Virus record (IMG/VR): IMGVR_UViG_3300017963_000223
Direction: 5' to 3' (one strand)
Length of the DNA stretch: 64,000 nt
Origin: a virus
Taxonomy: Duplodnaviria > Heunggongvirae > Uroviricota > Caudoviricetes
In this document: piece by piece, positions 47,800 to 57,190 of the stretch
How positions within the stretch are numbered: position 1 is the first letter of the stretch
Layout of the letters: each line of letters begins with the position of its first letter
Notes under the pieces: model-generated
What the model saw: the letters and a program-made list of their open reading frames with translations, nothing else
Told to the model about the DNA's origin: nothing
The model's database searches: none
Program-made: the position numbers and the translations under genes

Positions 47800-48101
47800 A
47801 ACATTGCCAGATCATTTACGGCCGGGTCACAGTCTTTGACGGAGTGATTCAAGAACTGAACGTGTTTGTGTGGGAACTGGAGCCACTTGATGATCAGACA
47901 AGGTCTGTTCGCGAGTGGGTTGAAGAGTACATCCGGGAAGATGTGGGCTTGCTCTCGACTATCGGTATCAAAGACACTGGCGGGTGGGAAGCGGTTTTCT
48001 CTGCGACAATTCACGCAGGCTCTTGGTATCCTGATGAAGGTGCAGATATTGTGTTGAGAGACTGGCAGTCACAACAACTACCTTCGGAGATGTTTGAATG
48101 A
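47796..48101 (+). CDS. hypothetical protein
   Basis: ATGA coupling. Confidence 0.45.
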   Translation: MKHCQIIYGRVTVFDGVIQELNVFVWELEPLDDQTRSVREWVEEYIREDVGLLSTIGIKDTGGWEAVFSATIHAGSWYPDEGADIVLRDWQSQQLPSEMFE

Positions 48102-48466
48102 GTCAACTACCTTGTCCGTTCAACGAACTGGACTACACCGGCCTGATCTTTCAGGCTGAGTATTCCATGTGTTCTGCGGCCACGAAGATTTACATCGCTC
48201 GCCGGAAGTTTGAGGGCGGGCAGTCCGTCGGCACCGAGTTCGCGAAACTGGAGTGGGAGGAGATCGACCCCAGCAACATACCGGAGCCAACCATCGTTTG
48301 TCGCGACAGGGAAGACGGCAACGAACTTCAAAACCTGTTCAACTCGCTTTGGCAAATGGGCTTCCGCCCGCCGAAGCACGACCCGTCCGGTGAGGTGATT
48401 CAAGCAAAGGATCAAAACCTTGCCGATCTCCGTAAGATTCTTTTCAATCAACTTGGACTGGAGTAA
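48098..48466 (+). CDS. hypothetical protein
   Basis: ATGA coupling. Confidence 0.45.
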   Translation: MSQLPCPFNELDYTGLIFQAEYSMCSAATKIYIARRKFEGGQSVGTEFAKLEWEEIDPSNIPEPTIVCRDREDGNELQNLFNSLWQMGFRPPKHDPSGEVIQAKDQNLADLRKILFNQLGLE

Positions 48467-48469
48467 CTG

Positions 48470-49273
48470 ATGAGCGACCGAACTGACAATTACCTGTTTG
48501 TATGTGTTCTTATTGCTTTGCTGTGCTTGGGTGCCTGTCTCATGGCTGGGGCGGCTAATGGCGCCGAGCAGCCCAAGGGCGAGTGGGTCCGCGTGTCTGT
48601 GAAGACTGATACCACAATCAACAGCGGGACCGGCTACTATCTCGGCGGCGGTGTTGTTGTGGCAGAGCAGGAGCTTGCGAGAGGCTCCATCAACATGCGA
48701 GCCAAGGTCACGTTTCCATGCGGCAAGATTTACCACGGAACCATCATCTTTCAAGATCGCCGACCCGACTTGTGCTTCATCAAGCTGGACCACATGCCTA
48801 AAGGACTCAGGCTGGTAGGGCGTTATCACCAGCGAGGGCGGACCAGCAACTTCTTTCGGCGGGTGTCCAACCAGCAGGCCACACCCACGCAGCAAGCATT
48901 GATCGATGCCGTGCGAGCCCACCCGGATGCCCCGGCGAGCGCCAACGGCAAGTTCGATTCGATGCTCGCCAAGGAGGCGGAGCGACACTCGCTGCATCAG
49001 GCCCGGATTCAGAAACAGGGACACCACAACTGGGATCGTCGCTTCCGTCGGATCAACGCACAGTTGCCTGCGGGTCTAACGGCCTGCGAAGTCTGTGCGG
49101 AGAGTTGGCCGGGACAAACCTTGGAGGAGGCAGCCGCCGAGTGTGTCAATAGCTGGCGGCAGTCCCCAGGCCATTGGAGGGCAGTCAGCGGAGAGTGCCC
49201 GCTTTACGGTTACGACATGAAGCGAGGCCGCAACGGTGTGTGGTATGCCACCGGCATCTTCGGCCAGGAGTGA
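48470..49273 (+). CDS. secreted/membrane-anchored protein, possible CAP/SCP-like C-terminal domain
   Basis: N-terminal hydrophobic LFVCVLIALLCLGACLMAGAA; C-terminal HNWDRRF...GHWRAV motifs weakly CAP-like. Confidence 0.4.
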   Translation: MSDRTDNYLFVCVLIALLCLGACLMAGAANGAEQPKGEWVRVSVKTDTTINSGTGYYLGGGVVVAEQELARGSINMRAKVTFPCGKIYHGTIIFQDRRPDLCFIKLDHMPKGLRLVGRYHQRGRTSNFFRRVSNQQATPTQQALIDAVRAHPDAPASANGKFDSMLAKEAERHSLHQARIQKQGHHNWDRRFRRINAQLPAGLTACEVCAESWPGQTLEEAAAECVNSWRQSPGHWRAVSGECPLYGYDMKRGRNGVWYATGIFGQE

Positions 49274-49276
49274 CAC

Positions 49277-49513
49277 ATGAAGATACTTGCCACGACACCT
49301 TTTTCATCTCCGATACATTGTGCTCCCGGTGACATGTTGAGAGTCATCTGGCGCAATGAGCAACGCACCACGATGGAAACCAAAATCGAAAAGGCTCAAG
49401 TGTTGGATACCGCAGTGTTGGTGGAGTATGAAGCTGGTGAAGCAAAGGAGCTTGGATTCAGGGAAGTCTTAGGCGTGTTTGCCGGGGAGGCGATCAATGA
49501 AGACGCTCGCTGA
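49277..49513 (+). CDS. small protein, tandem paralog A
   Basis: Similar C-terminal half to next gene (VLVEYEAGEAKELGFREVLGVFAGE vs IVQLDSEEARQLGLKSALGVLEGR). Confidence 0.4.
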   Translation: MKILATTPFSSPIHCAPGDMLRVIWRNEQRTTMETKIEKAQVLDTAVLVEYEAGEAKELGFREVLGVFAGEAINEDAR

Positions 49514-49775
49514 ACGTGACTTTGCTACACCGTGGCGGTTTGAAGATAAGCTTTTGGTTCGGTGGTATGAGGGGCAGACAGAGATCGCACCGCTGGCTGG
49601 GCGGGAGGCGAGTCGTTTCAAAGTCCATGAAGACGTGCGATGCGAACAAGAGATGACTCTTGAGAAGCCTCACGTTATTGACCACGCACGCATTGTGCAG
49701 CTTGACTCAGAAGAAGCCAGACAACTTGGTCTCAAGAGTGCTCTCGGCGTTTTGGAAGGAAGAAAACTAACTTGA
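49497..49775 (+). CDS. small protein, tandem paralog B
   Basis: ATGA overlap start at 49497. Confidence 0.4.
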   Translation: MKTLAERDFATPWRFEDKLLVRWYEGQTEIAPLAGREASRFKVHEDVRCEQEMTLEKPHVIDHARIVQLDSEEARQLGLKSALGVLEGRKLT

Positions 49776-49803
49776 CTTTTGGAGGTTTGTATGATAGACT
49801 TGA
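49772..49803 (+). promoter_or_regulatory. phage promoter copy 3 variant (TTGACT-N17-TAGACTTGA)
   Basis: Spacer ...gtatga matches copy at 54607 (gtatgatatacttga vs gtatgatagacttga). Confidence 0.45.
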
Positions 49804-49917
49804 TAGGGCCCTGGATAGGGCTAGGCACGATCGTCACCTTGACGCTCTTCATCCTTGCGGTGGGCTTCCGGCTCATCGACATCGTCACTCGTGTCGGCGG
49901 TGAAGAGGATCAGCCGG

Positions 49918-52512
49918 ATGGCTATAACGGCGAGGAATAGCGTGAGATTCAGAAGAGATGCCTATTATATTGATAGTGAGACCTGTGGGTTCCACGGGCT
50001 CGCTACCCTCATACAATGGGCGTATGAGGATGGCGATGTCCACCTGCACAACCTGTGGGACGTGCCGGTCCAAGAGACCCTCGACCTGATCGAGCGGTTC
50101 TGCGGGTCGACGTGCGTCTTCTTCAACGCGACTTACGACTGGTTCCATCTGTGCAAGATCTATACAATGTGGAGCCTGCTGCCGCCGGACGCCATACCCG
50201 CCAACCTCCCGACCTCCACACTGGTGGAAGCCGAGAAGGAGGCACGGGACGGCCCCTGCCTCAAGCCCAAGGATGTGATGTGCCTGATGATGCACAGCCG
50301 CAAGGGCGAGTTCCAAACTCTCATGTCGCGGCATGACGTGAAGGTCACGAAGGTGCCCACTCCATTGGCCGAGCCGCTCCGTAATGTGTTGGAAGGCCTG
50401 ATCGAGTTCGACGGCATCTTGTTCGCTGGCCGAGCCAACCCCAACGCTCCGAAGTGGGGCGTCTACGATCGGATCAAGAAGGGCAAGGAAGACACGGTTG
50501 ACCCGAATTTCAAAGACGTGACGCTCAAGTTCAAGCCTGCTCGCGGGTTGAAATATCTCGCCCAGCACTGCCTTGGCCTGGACCCTGAGTTCCACTCGTT
50601 CAAGGATGTATATCCGGAACGGGAGGGGCAGAAGTTGTTTGAGTTGGGCTACGCCCCCTTCGCCCTGGCGGTGTCGGACGCAGACCAGGGCTGGAAGGTC
50701 TACGACAAAAACAACAAGCTGAAAGGCCGAGCATGGCCTGCACTTATTCACTATGACATTGACCATTGGAGAGAGAATGACGAAGCGCGACGCTATGCAA
50801 GAGACGACGTTGTTTACACCCGGCTTCTGGATGAATACTTTGGATTCCCTGAATCCGGCGATACGGACTCGGTGCTCTCCTGCATGGTGGCTGCCGTCCG
50901 GTGGCATGGTTTCGTCGTCGACACTGAGGCGATCACCCAGCTACACGCAAAATCCAAAAGGGTGCTTGAGGCATCCCCAGTAAACATCAACAAACCGTCT
51001 CAGGTCAAAAGATACATCCGCGAGGTGATGGCCGAGGAAGAGGCGACCCTCATCGACAAGAGCACGAAGAAAGCCAACCTGGAGAAGATCCGGGCGGACT
51101 ACGTTGTGATGCCCGACTCGGAAGACTTCGACCCGGAACTCGGCGGCGAGTTGTGTGTGCGTTGCCTGGGCGATGGTTGTGTCCGCTGCGAAGGCCGAGG
51201 CTATCTGCCCGAGGGTCCTACCCTGGCGTCCAAGCGGGCGGACGAGATTCTCAAGTGCAAGATCGCCGCGAAGGAAGTCGAACTCTACACCAAACTGCTC
51301 AAAGCGGGACGATTTCACGCGGCCTTCAAGGTGATCGGAACACTTTCCAGCAGAATGGCCGGAGGTGAAGGCCTCAACGCTCAGGGCATCAAAGGCTCGG
51401 CCGAGGTTCGTGGGGCGTTCCCTCTCAAGTGGGACGGGATGATCCTGTGCGGCGGCGACTTCGACGGGTTCGAGGTTACGATCGCTGACGCTGTGTTCGG
51501 CGACGAGAAGCTACGCACCAACTTGCTGGCGGGTGTCTCCATCCACACGATGATGGCGGAGAAGATCTACCCGAACAAGACCCGCGAGCAGATAAAGGCC
51601 AGCAAAGGCTTTGCCGACGGTGGCGACATCGACATGTACACTCGCGGCAAACAGGCGGTGTTCGCCACACTGTACGGCGGGGATGCCAACACGATCAACA
51701 AGAAGCTGTCTATTCCGAAGAAGATCGCCGAGGCGGCCTTCGACGGCTTCCAGGAGGAATACCCCGGCATCAAGGAGACCCGCGAGCAGATCGCAGAAAG
51801 GTTCCAAGCATTGGAGCAGCACGGTGAGGTGGGGACCGGCCACATCAGCTACAAGAAACCCGACGATTATATTGAGACCTTCCTCGGCTTCCGACGATAT
51901 TTCACGCTGGAGAACAAAATCGCGAAGGCCTTGTACGATCTGGCGCACAACACCCCTGTCGCATGGAGAAAGCTGGACTGGAAAGTCGTCCGACGCGACA
52001 GGGAGCAGTCTCCGGCGGGCGCCATCTCCTCGGCCCTGTACGGAGCGGCCTTCCAAATCCAGGCCAGCACCATCCGAGCCGCCAACAACCACTTGATCCA
52101 GTCGCCGGGCGCCCAGATCACCAAGCAGTTGCAGCGAAACATCTGGGACTTACAGCCCTGGGGTGTGAGCGAGTGGAGGGTGGCCCCGATCAACGTCCAT
52201 GACGAAGTGCTGAGCGTGACCGTGCCGGACGCCGTCGAAGAGGTCACAGCGGTCACGGTGGAGACCGTCGAGTCGTTTCGTGACAGGGTGCCGCTGATTG
52301 GAATGGATTGGGTAAAAAGTATGGAAAACTGGGCGGGCAAGAAGGGCGGAGGCGAGAACCTGGAAGTCAAGATCAGCCCGCACGGCATCTCCGGCTGGAA
52401 CGATGAAGACACCGAGTACGTCGAGCCAGTCAGCGCCCAAGAGTTAGACGACCTGGACGAAGAGGACGACCCCTGCCCCGTGAACAATGAATACCTGGAG
52501 AGCCTGATATGA
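49918..52512 (+). CDS. family A DNA polymerase with N-terminal 3'-5' exonuclease domain
   Basis: Exo I YYIDSETCGF; motif A DFDGFEVTIADAVFGDEKL; motif B RGKQAVFATLYGG; motif C VHDEV. Start 49918 (ATG) or 49941 (GTG) uncertain. Confidence 0.8.
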   Translation: MAITARNSVRFRRDAYYIDSETCGFHGLATLIQWAYEDGDVHLHNLWDVPVQETLDLIERFCGSTCVFFNATYDWFHLCKIYTMWSLLPPDAIPANLPTSTLVEAEKEARDGPCLKPKDVMCLMMHSRKGEFQTLMSRHDVKVTKVPTPLAEPLRNVLEGLIEFDGILFAGRANPNAPKWGVYDRIKKGKEDTVDPNFKDVTLKFKPARGLKYLAQHCLGLDPEFHSFKDVYPEREGQKLFELGYAPFALAVSDADQGWKVYDKNNKLKGRAWPALIHYDIDHWRENDEARRYARDDVVYTRLLDEYFGFPESGDTDSVLSCMVAAVRWHGFVVDTEAITQLHAKSKRVLEASPVNINKPSQVKRYIREVMAEEEATLIDKSTKKANLEKIRADYVVMPDSEDFDPELGGELCVRCLGDGCVRCEGRGYLPEGPTLASKRADEILKCKIAAKEVELYTKLLKAGRFHAAFKVIGTLSSRMAGGEGLNAQGIKGSAEVRGAFPLKWDGMILCGGDFDGFEVTIADAVFGDEKLRTNLLAGVSIHTMMAEKIYPNKTREQIKASKGFADGGDIDMYTRGKQAVFATLYGGDANTINKKLSIPKKIAEAAFDGFQEEYPGIKETREQIAERFQALEQHGEVGTGHISYKKPDDYIETFLGFRRYFTLENKIAKALYDLAHNTPVAWRKLDWKVVRRDREQSPAGAISSALYGAAFQIQASTIRAANNHLIQSPGAQITKQLQRNIWDLQPWGVSEWRVAPINVHDEVLSVTVPDAVEEVTAVTVETVESFRDRVPLIGMDWVKSMENWAGKKGGGENLEVKISPHGISGWNDEDTEYVEPVSAQELDDLDEEDDPCPVNNEYLESLI

Positions 52513-52784
52513 CCCCGGAACTCAGTGAAGCGGCCCGAAAGTGCCCGTTCGTCAAGACGATGCTCCAGACAGGTGAGACGCCAGACGCAATCATCCTGAT
52601 GCTGGTCAAACTGAAGGCCCAATTGTTGGAAGACGTTTCCGAACTGAAACTGTTGGTGCCAAAGCGTGTCAAAATGTCGGACGGCAGTATGAGGATTTGG
52701 CGCTGCCCCGAGGAGTGTATCCCGAAGGACGAGTACAGTTCCGTGGAGATAGGAAACGTAAACTACAAGATTCGGAGAACCTGA
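52509..52784 (+). CDS. hypothetical protein
   Basis: ATGA coupling to polymerase. Confidence 0.4.
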   Translation: MTPELSEAARKCPFVKTMLQTGETPDAIILMLVKLKAQLLEDVSELKLLVPKRVKMSDGSMRIWRCPEECIPKDEYSSVEIGNVNYKIRRT

Positions 52785-52785
52785 T

Positions 52786-53043
52786 ATGCCGTTCATTCGC
52801 ATTCCCAAGACGATGCCGGTCTACTTCCTTCGCAAGAAGGGAACCACCGACCAGTTCTATCAGAGGCGGGGCGGCCGGAAGTGCCACTCCGGGTGCAAGC
52901 GAGGAACTCGCACCGCTATCTGGGGCCCGATGACTACTGCCGCCTGCTGGACCTCGCCGAACGGACCCCGCCCCATCAAGGGGCGGGTCGGCGGCGAGAT
53001 TGTGGCCTTTGCTCTAACCATTGAAGAAGGAGAAGCACTATGA
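52786..53043 (+). CDS. hypothetical basic protein
   Basis: ORF. Confidence 0.4.
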   Translation: MPFIRIPKTMPVYFLRKKGTTDQFYQRRGGRKCHSGCKRGTRTAIWGPMTTAACWTSPNGPRPIKGRVGGEIVAFALTIEEGEAL

Positions 53044-53234
53044 GCGCACGACCTGAGCCTTTACTACCTCCCACGTCTCCATTGATGCCGTACCGGAGCC
53101 GCCTGTGGGTCGCTCCCGGTCCTGGCGGGTTCTCCGTGATGTTTATGAATGATCGCCCGAAGTGGTGGTATCGTTTGTGGCAGCGGCTGTTCTTGGGCTT
53201 CGTCTGGGAGGACATCAGTGAGCAGAACTCGTAA
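53040..53234 (+). CDS. hypothetical protein
   Basis: ATGA coupling. Confidence 0.35.
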   Translation: MSARPEPLLPPTSPLMPYRSRLWVAPGPGGFSVMFMNDRPKWWYRLWQRLFLGFVWEDISEQNS

Positions 53235-53297
53235 GGGGTCAAAAGGCCCAGGATGGCAATACTGGAGTCGCCGAGGACATAATTTGCCGGAATTCAT

Positions 53298-53329
53298 TTG
53301 ACATTCCCAAGTTTTGTGGTATACTTGAA
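53298..53329 (+). promoter_or_regulatory. phage promoter copy 4 (TTGACA-N16-TGGTATACTTGA)
   Basis: TATACT 53320-53325; RBS AAGGAG; ATG 53358. Confidence 0.6.
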
Positions 53330-53357
53330 GTATACAGCAAACAACAAGGAGACAAGC

Positions 53358-53627
53358 ATGAATGACAAAGCAGTGTTGAACATCCAGCGTCAGGTTGACA
53401 CCCTCAGCGACGGGCACCGAGCCGTCGTTGACCAAGCCGTGAAGGCGACGGGAATGATCGTCAGGATGGATGATCGCCTGGAATCAAAGGGCGGAGCCGG
53501 TATGCTGTCTAGGCTGTCTGGCAAGGGACTGGAAGAACTGCGATACCTTCTTCTGGCTCAGGCCGCTCGTGCCTTGCGGGTGTGTGCCGAGGTCGAAGAA
53601 ATCCAAAGAACCCTGAAGGTTAACTGA
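53358..53627 (+). CDS. promoter-proximal early protein, unknown function
   Basis: ATG 53358 after AAGGAG RBS. Confidence 0.5.
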   Translation: MNDKAVLNIQRQVDTLSDGHRAVVDQAVKATGMIVRMDDRLESKGGAGMLSRLSGKGLEELRYLLLAQAARALRVCAEVEEIQRTLKVN

Positions 53628-53629
53628 CC

Positions 53630-53824
53630 ATGAAGAAATGTAACCAGTGTGGATCAGACGCGACCTGCAAACTCACTTGGGGCGGGAAGGGTCGAGCGAG
53701 CGAGTTTCTTTGCGCCTTTCACATGCACGAAGTTTGTGAGAGAATCAACCCACAACTGAAAGCAGGGACGATGTGGTGTGTCATTGAAAAAGTGGAGGAA
53801 GACCTTGAACCAGCCAACGCCTAA
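53630..53824 (+). CDS. small zinc-ribbon protein (CNQCG...C...C)
   Basis: ORF. Confidence 0.4.
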   Translation: MKKCNQCGSDATCKLTWGGKGRASEFLCAFHMHEVCERINPQLKAGTMWCVIEKVEEDLEPANA

Positions 53825-54233
53825 GCAACTTGCACGCCTGCCGAAGTGGGCGCAAGAGCACATCGCAGACCTTGATCGACAGCGGCGAGTTGCCATCCGC
53901 GCCCTGGAGAGGTTCCAAGACTCCAACGAGCCGACGCCGGTTTCCTATGAGGAGTTTGAGAACCTCGATGGTGCGCCACAGTTCTTCAAGCGGTATATCG
54001 ACACACACTGCGTCGAGTTCACCAAGAACGGCGTCACCCTGACAGTGACGTTGCTTGATGATACCCGAGGCATCGCACTGTCCTGGGGCCCGGAAGGCGG
54101 GCACGGTCTTGGTGATATGTGCTTCACCCCGACCAGCTACCAACAGGCTCGGATCACCAACTTGGCGTACCAGCCTAACGAGTACAAATCACTGATGCAG
54201 AGAAAAAGAAAACAAGAAAGGGTAAAAGCATGA
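53805..54233 (+). CDS. hypothetical protein (TTG start after GGAGGA; alternative GTG at 53778)
   Basis: No in-frame ATG until late; RBS ggagga 6 nt before TTG. Confidence 0.4.
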   Translation: MNQPTPKQLARLPKWAQEHIADLDRQRRVAIRALERFQDSNEPTPVSYEEFENLDGAPQFFKRYIDTHCVEFTKNGVTLTVTLLDDTRGIALSWGPEGGHGLGDMCFTPTSYQQARITNLAYQPNEYKSLMQRKRKQERVKA

Positions 54234-54589
54234 CTGTAAAAGACATGCAGAAAATCACCCAGAAAGCAAAGGAAGAGGCCGAACGACAAGAGGAGGAAGA
54301 AAAGAGACAAGCGGACCTCAAGCAGCGAAAAGCCCAGGAGGCCGAAAAGCATTGGTGGCTTGATAAAGGAATCCCGAAAATCCTCGACAACATCAAATGT
54401 GCTGCCAAGCGTGGCGAGGACACCTATGAAGAAGTGATTGATTGTTGTCCTGACTATGTTGTAGAAAGGCTAGAGAAAGAAGGCTTTACAATAAATCTCA
54501 CAACTGAAAAACGTGGCGTGCGTTTAGGTCGTGGAGACGGCGATAGTTGGGAATGCTACTATGCTCACGTCCTAGTAGTGAAATGGTGA
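54230..54589 (+). CDS. hypothetical protein with charged helical N-terminus
   Basis: ATGA coupling. Confidence 0.45.
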   Translation: MTVKDMQKITQKAKEEAERQEEEEKRQADLKQRKAQEAEKHWWLDKGIPKILDNIKCAAKRGEDTYEEVIDCCPDYVVERLEKEGFTINLTTEKRGVRLGRGDGDSWECYYAHVLVVKW

Positions 54590-54606
54590 AGGCAGAAGAA
54601 AACCAC

Positions 54607-54639
54607 TTGACAAATGGCATTTCGTATGATATACTTGAG
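54607..54639 (+). promoter_or_regulatory. phage promoter copy 5 (TTGACA-N17-TGATATACTTGA) upstream of tRNA-Asn
   Basis: TATACT 54630-54635; tRNA begins ~87 nt downstream. Confidence 0.55.
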
Positions 54640-54721
54640 TGTATCCTTTGAGAAAGCAAACCGACACACTCAAGCCCTGAGGACAGAACGATGCCGTCTT
54701 GTTAGACTAAAGCTCTAACCC

Positions 54722-54794
54722 TGTACAGTAGCTCAATGGGTAGAGCACCTGACTGTTAATCAGGTGGTTGCTGGTTCAAGTCCAGCCTGTACAG
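54722..54794 (+). tRNA. tRNA-Asn (anticodon GTT)
   Basis: Acceptor TGTACAG/CTGTACA, D-stem GCTC/GAGC, anticodon stem CCTGA/TCAGG loop CTGTTAA, T-stem GCTGG/CCAGC loop TTCAAGT. Confidence 0.8.
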
Positions 54795-54813
54795 CTAACC
54801 CTGGAGACCTGAG

Positions 54814-54999
54814 ATGACACGACAAGAAGCGATCGACAAAGGCTTTGTGTTCTATTGCTTGGAGTGTACGGCCGTGTACAAGAAAGTTCCGACGCGGGAT
54901 TACGCAGACGGCCACAGCCACCGGCAATTGGAGTCATGCCGTCGGTGCGGGTGCGACCTGTTTGCAAGACTTGACAACAACGAGAGAGCCAAAGCATGA
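54814..54999 (+). CDS. small zinc-ribbon protein
   Basis: CLEC...CRRCGC. Confidence 0.4.
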   Translation: MTRQEAIDKGFVFYCLECTAVYKKVPTRDYADGHSHRQLESCRRCGCDLFARLDNNERAKA

Positions 55000-55577
55000 A
55001 CAGCCCATACATCGCCATCGACATCGAGACGACCGGCACCGACCCAGAGCGACACCAAGTCCTGGAGATCGCGGCAGTCTACAACCAGCAGTGCGTTGAT
55101 GTGATTGACTGCCCAACCTTTCATACCATAGTTAATCCGGGCGAGATTGTTGGCACCTCTTACGCCTTGAACATGAACGCTCGAATCCTTGAGCATCTCG
55201 CAAGTGGCCTGGGCTGGGCGCCCGCCACCGCAATGGTTCAGTTGATGAACTGGGTGGGGGACCTCCGCAATCGATTCAACATCGATAAGTTTCACCTGAT
55301 TGGGAAGAACGTCGCTTCATTTGATCTTCAGTTTCTGAAACGTGTCCATGGCTGGAATAAGAACTACTTCAGCCACCGGCACTTGGATGTTGGCTCTCTC
55401 TATTCGACGCCCGCCGGTATAGCTAGTCAAGACGAACTGGCTGAGCACTTGATAGCGGAGGCCGGGATCGAAGGCTGCCCGCATGAGGCCCTGTTTGATG
55501 CTCGCGTGTCGCTTGAACTGGCTCGCCGGGCTTGGCGGGACATGCTTGAGCCGCCCTACGGAGCCCAAGGACTTTGA
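54996..55577 (+). CDS. second DnaQ-like DEDDh 3'-5' exonuclease
   Basis: IAIDIETTG (Exo I), ...HEALFDA (Exo III). Confidence 0.65.
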   Translation: MNSPYIAIDIETTGTDPERHQVLEIAAVYNQQCVDVIDCPTFHTIVNPGEIVGTSYALNMNARILEHLASGLGWAPATAMVQLMNWVGDLRNRFNIDKFHLIGKNVASFDLQFLKRVHGWNKNYFSHRHLDVGSLYSTPAGIASQDELAEHLIAEAGIEGCPHEALFDARVSLELARRAWRDMLEPPYGAQGL

Positions 55578-55597
55578 TCAAAATCCGAAGAAATCAC

Positions 55598-55630
55598 TTG
55601 ACAAACCGCTGCGAGTATGGTATACTTGTA
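55598..55630 (+). promoter_or_regulatory. phage promoter copy 6 (TTGACA-N17-TGGTATACTTGT)
   Basis: TATACT 55621-55626; RBS AAGGAGG; ATG 55645. Confidence 0.6.
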
Positions 55631-55644
55631 ATAAGGAGGCCACA

Positions 55645-55932
55645 ATGGCTAACAAGACGCGAAAACACCTGCTGACTCTGACTCGCCCGCAACTGATCGC
55701 CTTGGCGGTACAGAAGAAGGTGATGACTTACCAAGACGCCGCCGCCAAGACGAAAGAGCAGCTTGCTGATCTTTTGTGGGGTGTGGTGGGTCTCCTGAAA
55801 CCCGCCAAGACCTGGGATCTTGATGACGACATCCTTGACAATGATCAGCGGGTCATTGAAGAAATCGCTGGAACAACCCCTGGAGACATCATCGATGGAA
55901 CAGAGAGCGGAGAAGCTCCGGTCCCTGTGTGA
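55645..55932 (+). CDS. promoter-proximal early protein, unknown function
   Basis: ATG 55645. Confidence 0.5.
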   Translation: MANKTRKHLLTLTRPQLIALAVQKKVMTYQDAAAKTKEQLADLLWGVVGLLKPAKTWDLDDDILDNDQRVIEEIAGTTPGDIIDGTESGEAPVPV

Positions 55933-56155
55933 GTCAGGGACACCTGCCGACCTTTGGGACTTCATCTCCAATGAGACAGAGATCGATCGCCATGTTTGCA
56001 AGGAGGTCGTCTTCCAAATAATCTTCGGAGCCAAAGTCATCGAAACCGCAATCGAATACGGCCTGATGCTTGCCGAAATGGTGTGCATCCGGGCCGCCTT
56101 CGACCAGTACACCCATGAACACAGGAAAAGCGATGCCGTACATCAAGAAAACTGA
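55895..56155 (+). CDS. hypothetical protein overlapping previous gene by 38 nt
   Basis: ATG 55895 in alternate frame; coding-like composition. Confidence 0.35.
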   Translation: MEQRAEKLRSLCESGTPADLWDFISNETEIDRHVCKEVVFQIIFGAKVIETAIEYGLMLAEMVCIRAAFDQYTHEHRKSDAVHQEN

Positions 56156-56771
56156 CCGAGCGAAACTCGACGTGATGATCGACGGGCTCGTCCCGAAGAT
56201 CAGAGACCTAAACCGCAACCAAGCGAGCGAGCTTGTTGCCAACCTCGTGATCTACGCCCTGACCTCTACCTGCCGCCAATACATGGTTGGTGCTCAGATC
56301 GACAGTATCGTCAAAGATCTCGCCAACCGAATCGAGACTCGCGGCGAGGCTAACTATTGTCTCTGTCGCATCTTGCTGGAGGGTATGAAACCAGAAACTG
56401 GCTGGTCTTACCACTCACTCAGTGATATGGTGGCGGCGGGTAAGATGGCGATCACCAAGGTCTTCGACGTACAACAGCTTGAATCCCTCGGCGACGCCGA
56501 CGTATTCGACGCCGTTGCAGCATTAGATGATGCGACGGTCGAGATCGAGCGCCGCCTGCTGAGTCCTTATGAGGACAAAGCCATCCTGAAGAACGGCGAC
56601 ATGCCGTGCTTCAACGAGCCCTTTGCCTTGAGGCCACTCAGTAATCCAAAGGTGACTTGCGGGTGCGTGTGTGATCCGTGCCGGTGCGAGCCACTCCCGC
56701 CGATCACCGAAGCGTTCACTCAGGAGCAATACGACGCCATTGATGAGGAGCGCAGACAAGACGAAGGGTAG
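56133..56771 (+). CDS. hypothetical protein with C-terminal Cys cluster
   Basis: ATG 56133 with AGGAAAAG RBS. Confidence 0.45.
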   Translation: MPYIKKTDRAKLDVMIDGLVPKIRDLNRNQASELVANLVIYALTSTCRQYMVGAQIDSIVKDLANRIETRGEANYCLCRILLEGMKPETGWSYHSLSDMVAAGKMAITKVFDVQQLESLGDADVFDAVAALDDATVEIERRLLSPYEDKAILKNGDMPCFNEPFALRPLSNPKVTCGCVCDPCRCEPLPPITEAFTQEQYDAIDEERRQDEG

Positions 56772-56773
56772 CT

Positions 56774-57190
56774 GTGGAACCGAAGAAGTTCAGGAGCAAG
56801 ACCGGCCCGGAAGCCATCATCCAGCGGGAGTTCATCAGCTACCTGAAAGACAGGGGGTGGCATGTTGAAAGAATGATCGGGAACCAACTACAGAAGGGCA
56901 TCCCCGACATTTACATCATGCACCCGTCGCACGGCTGCCGCTGGATCGACTTGAAGAACCCGATTGACTATGAATTCACCCGAGCACAGAGAATCAAATG
57001 GCCGATCTGGGAAGCCCACGGCATCGGCATCTGGATCATAACGGGCTGGTCAGATGAGGACTACGCGAAACTTTGGAAGCCGCCGAACTGGCGAGAGTAT
57101 TGGAAGCCGAAATACGATGAAGAGGCTGAGGAACTAGCACAATCATTGCAGGAACTGTTTGATGAATTTGAAGAAGACAATCTTGCTTGA
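56774..57190 (+). CDS. VRR-NUC (PD-(D/E)xK) nuclease domain protein
   Basis: GIPDIYIMHP...RWIDLK motif; GTG start. Confidence 0.5.
   Translation: MEPKKFRSKTGPEAIIQREFISYLKDRGWHVERMIGNQLQKGIPDIYIMHPSHGCRWIDLKNPIDYEFTRAQRIKWPIWEAHGIGIWIITGWSDEDYAKLWKPPNWREYWKPKYDEEAEELAQSLQELFDEFEEDNLA

Noticed and set aside
49791-49940. 49-aa single-TM ORF with perfect GGAGG RBS
   Set aside because: Its ATG lies inside the -10 element of promoter copy 3, so it would not be on that transcript. It may be a fortuitous ORF, and it is kept only as a note.
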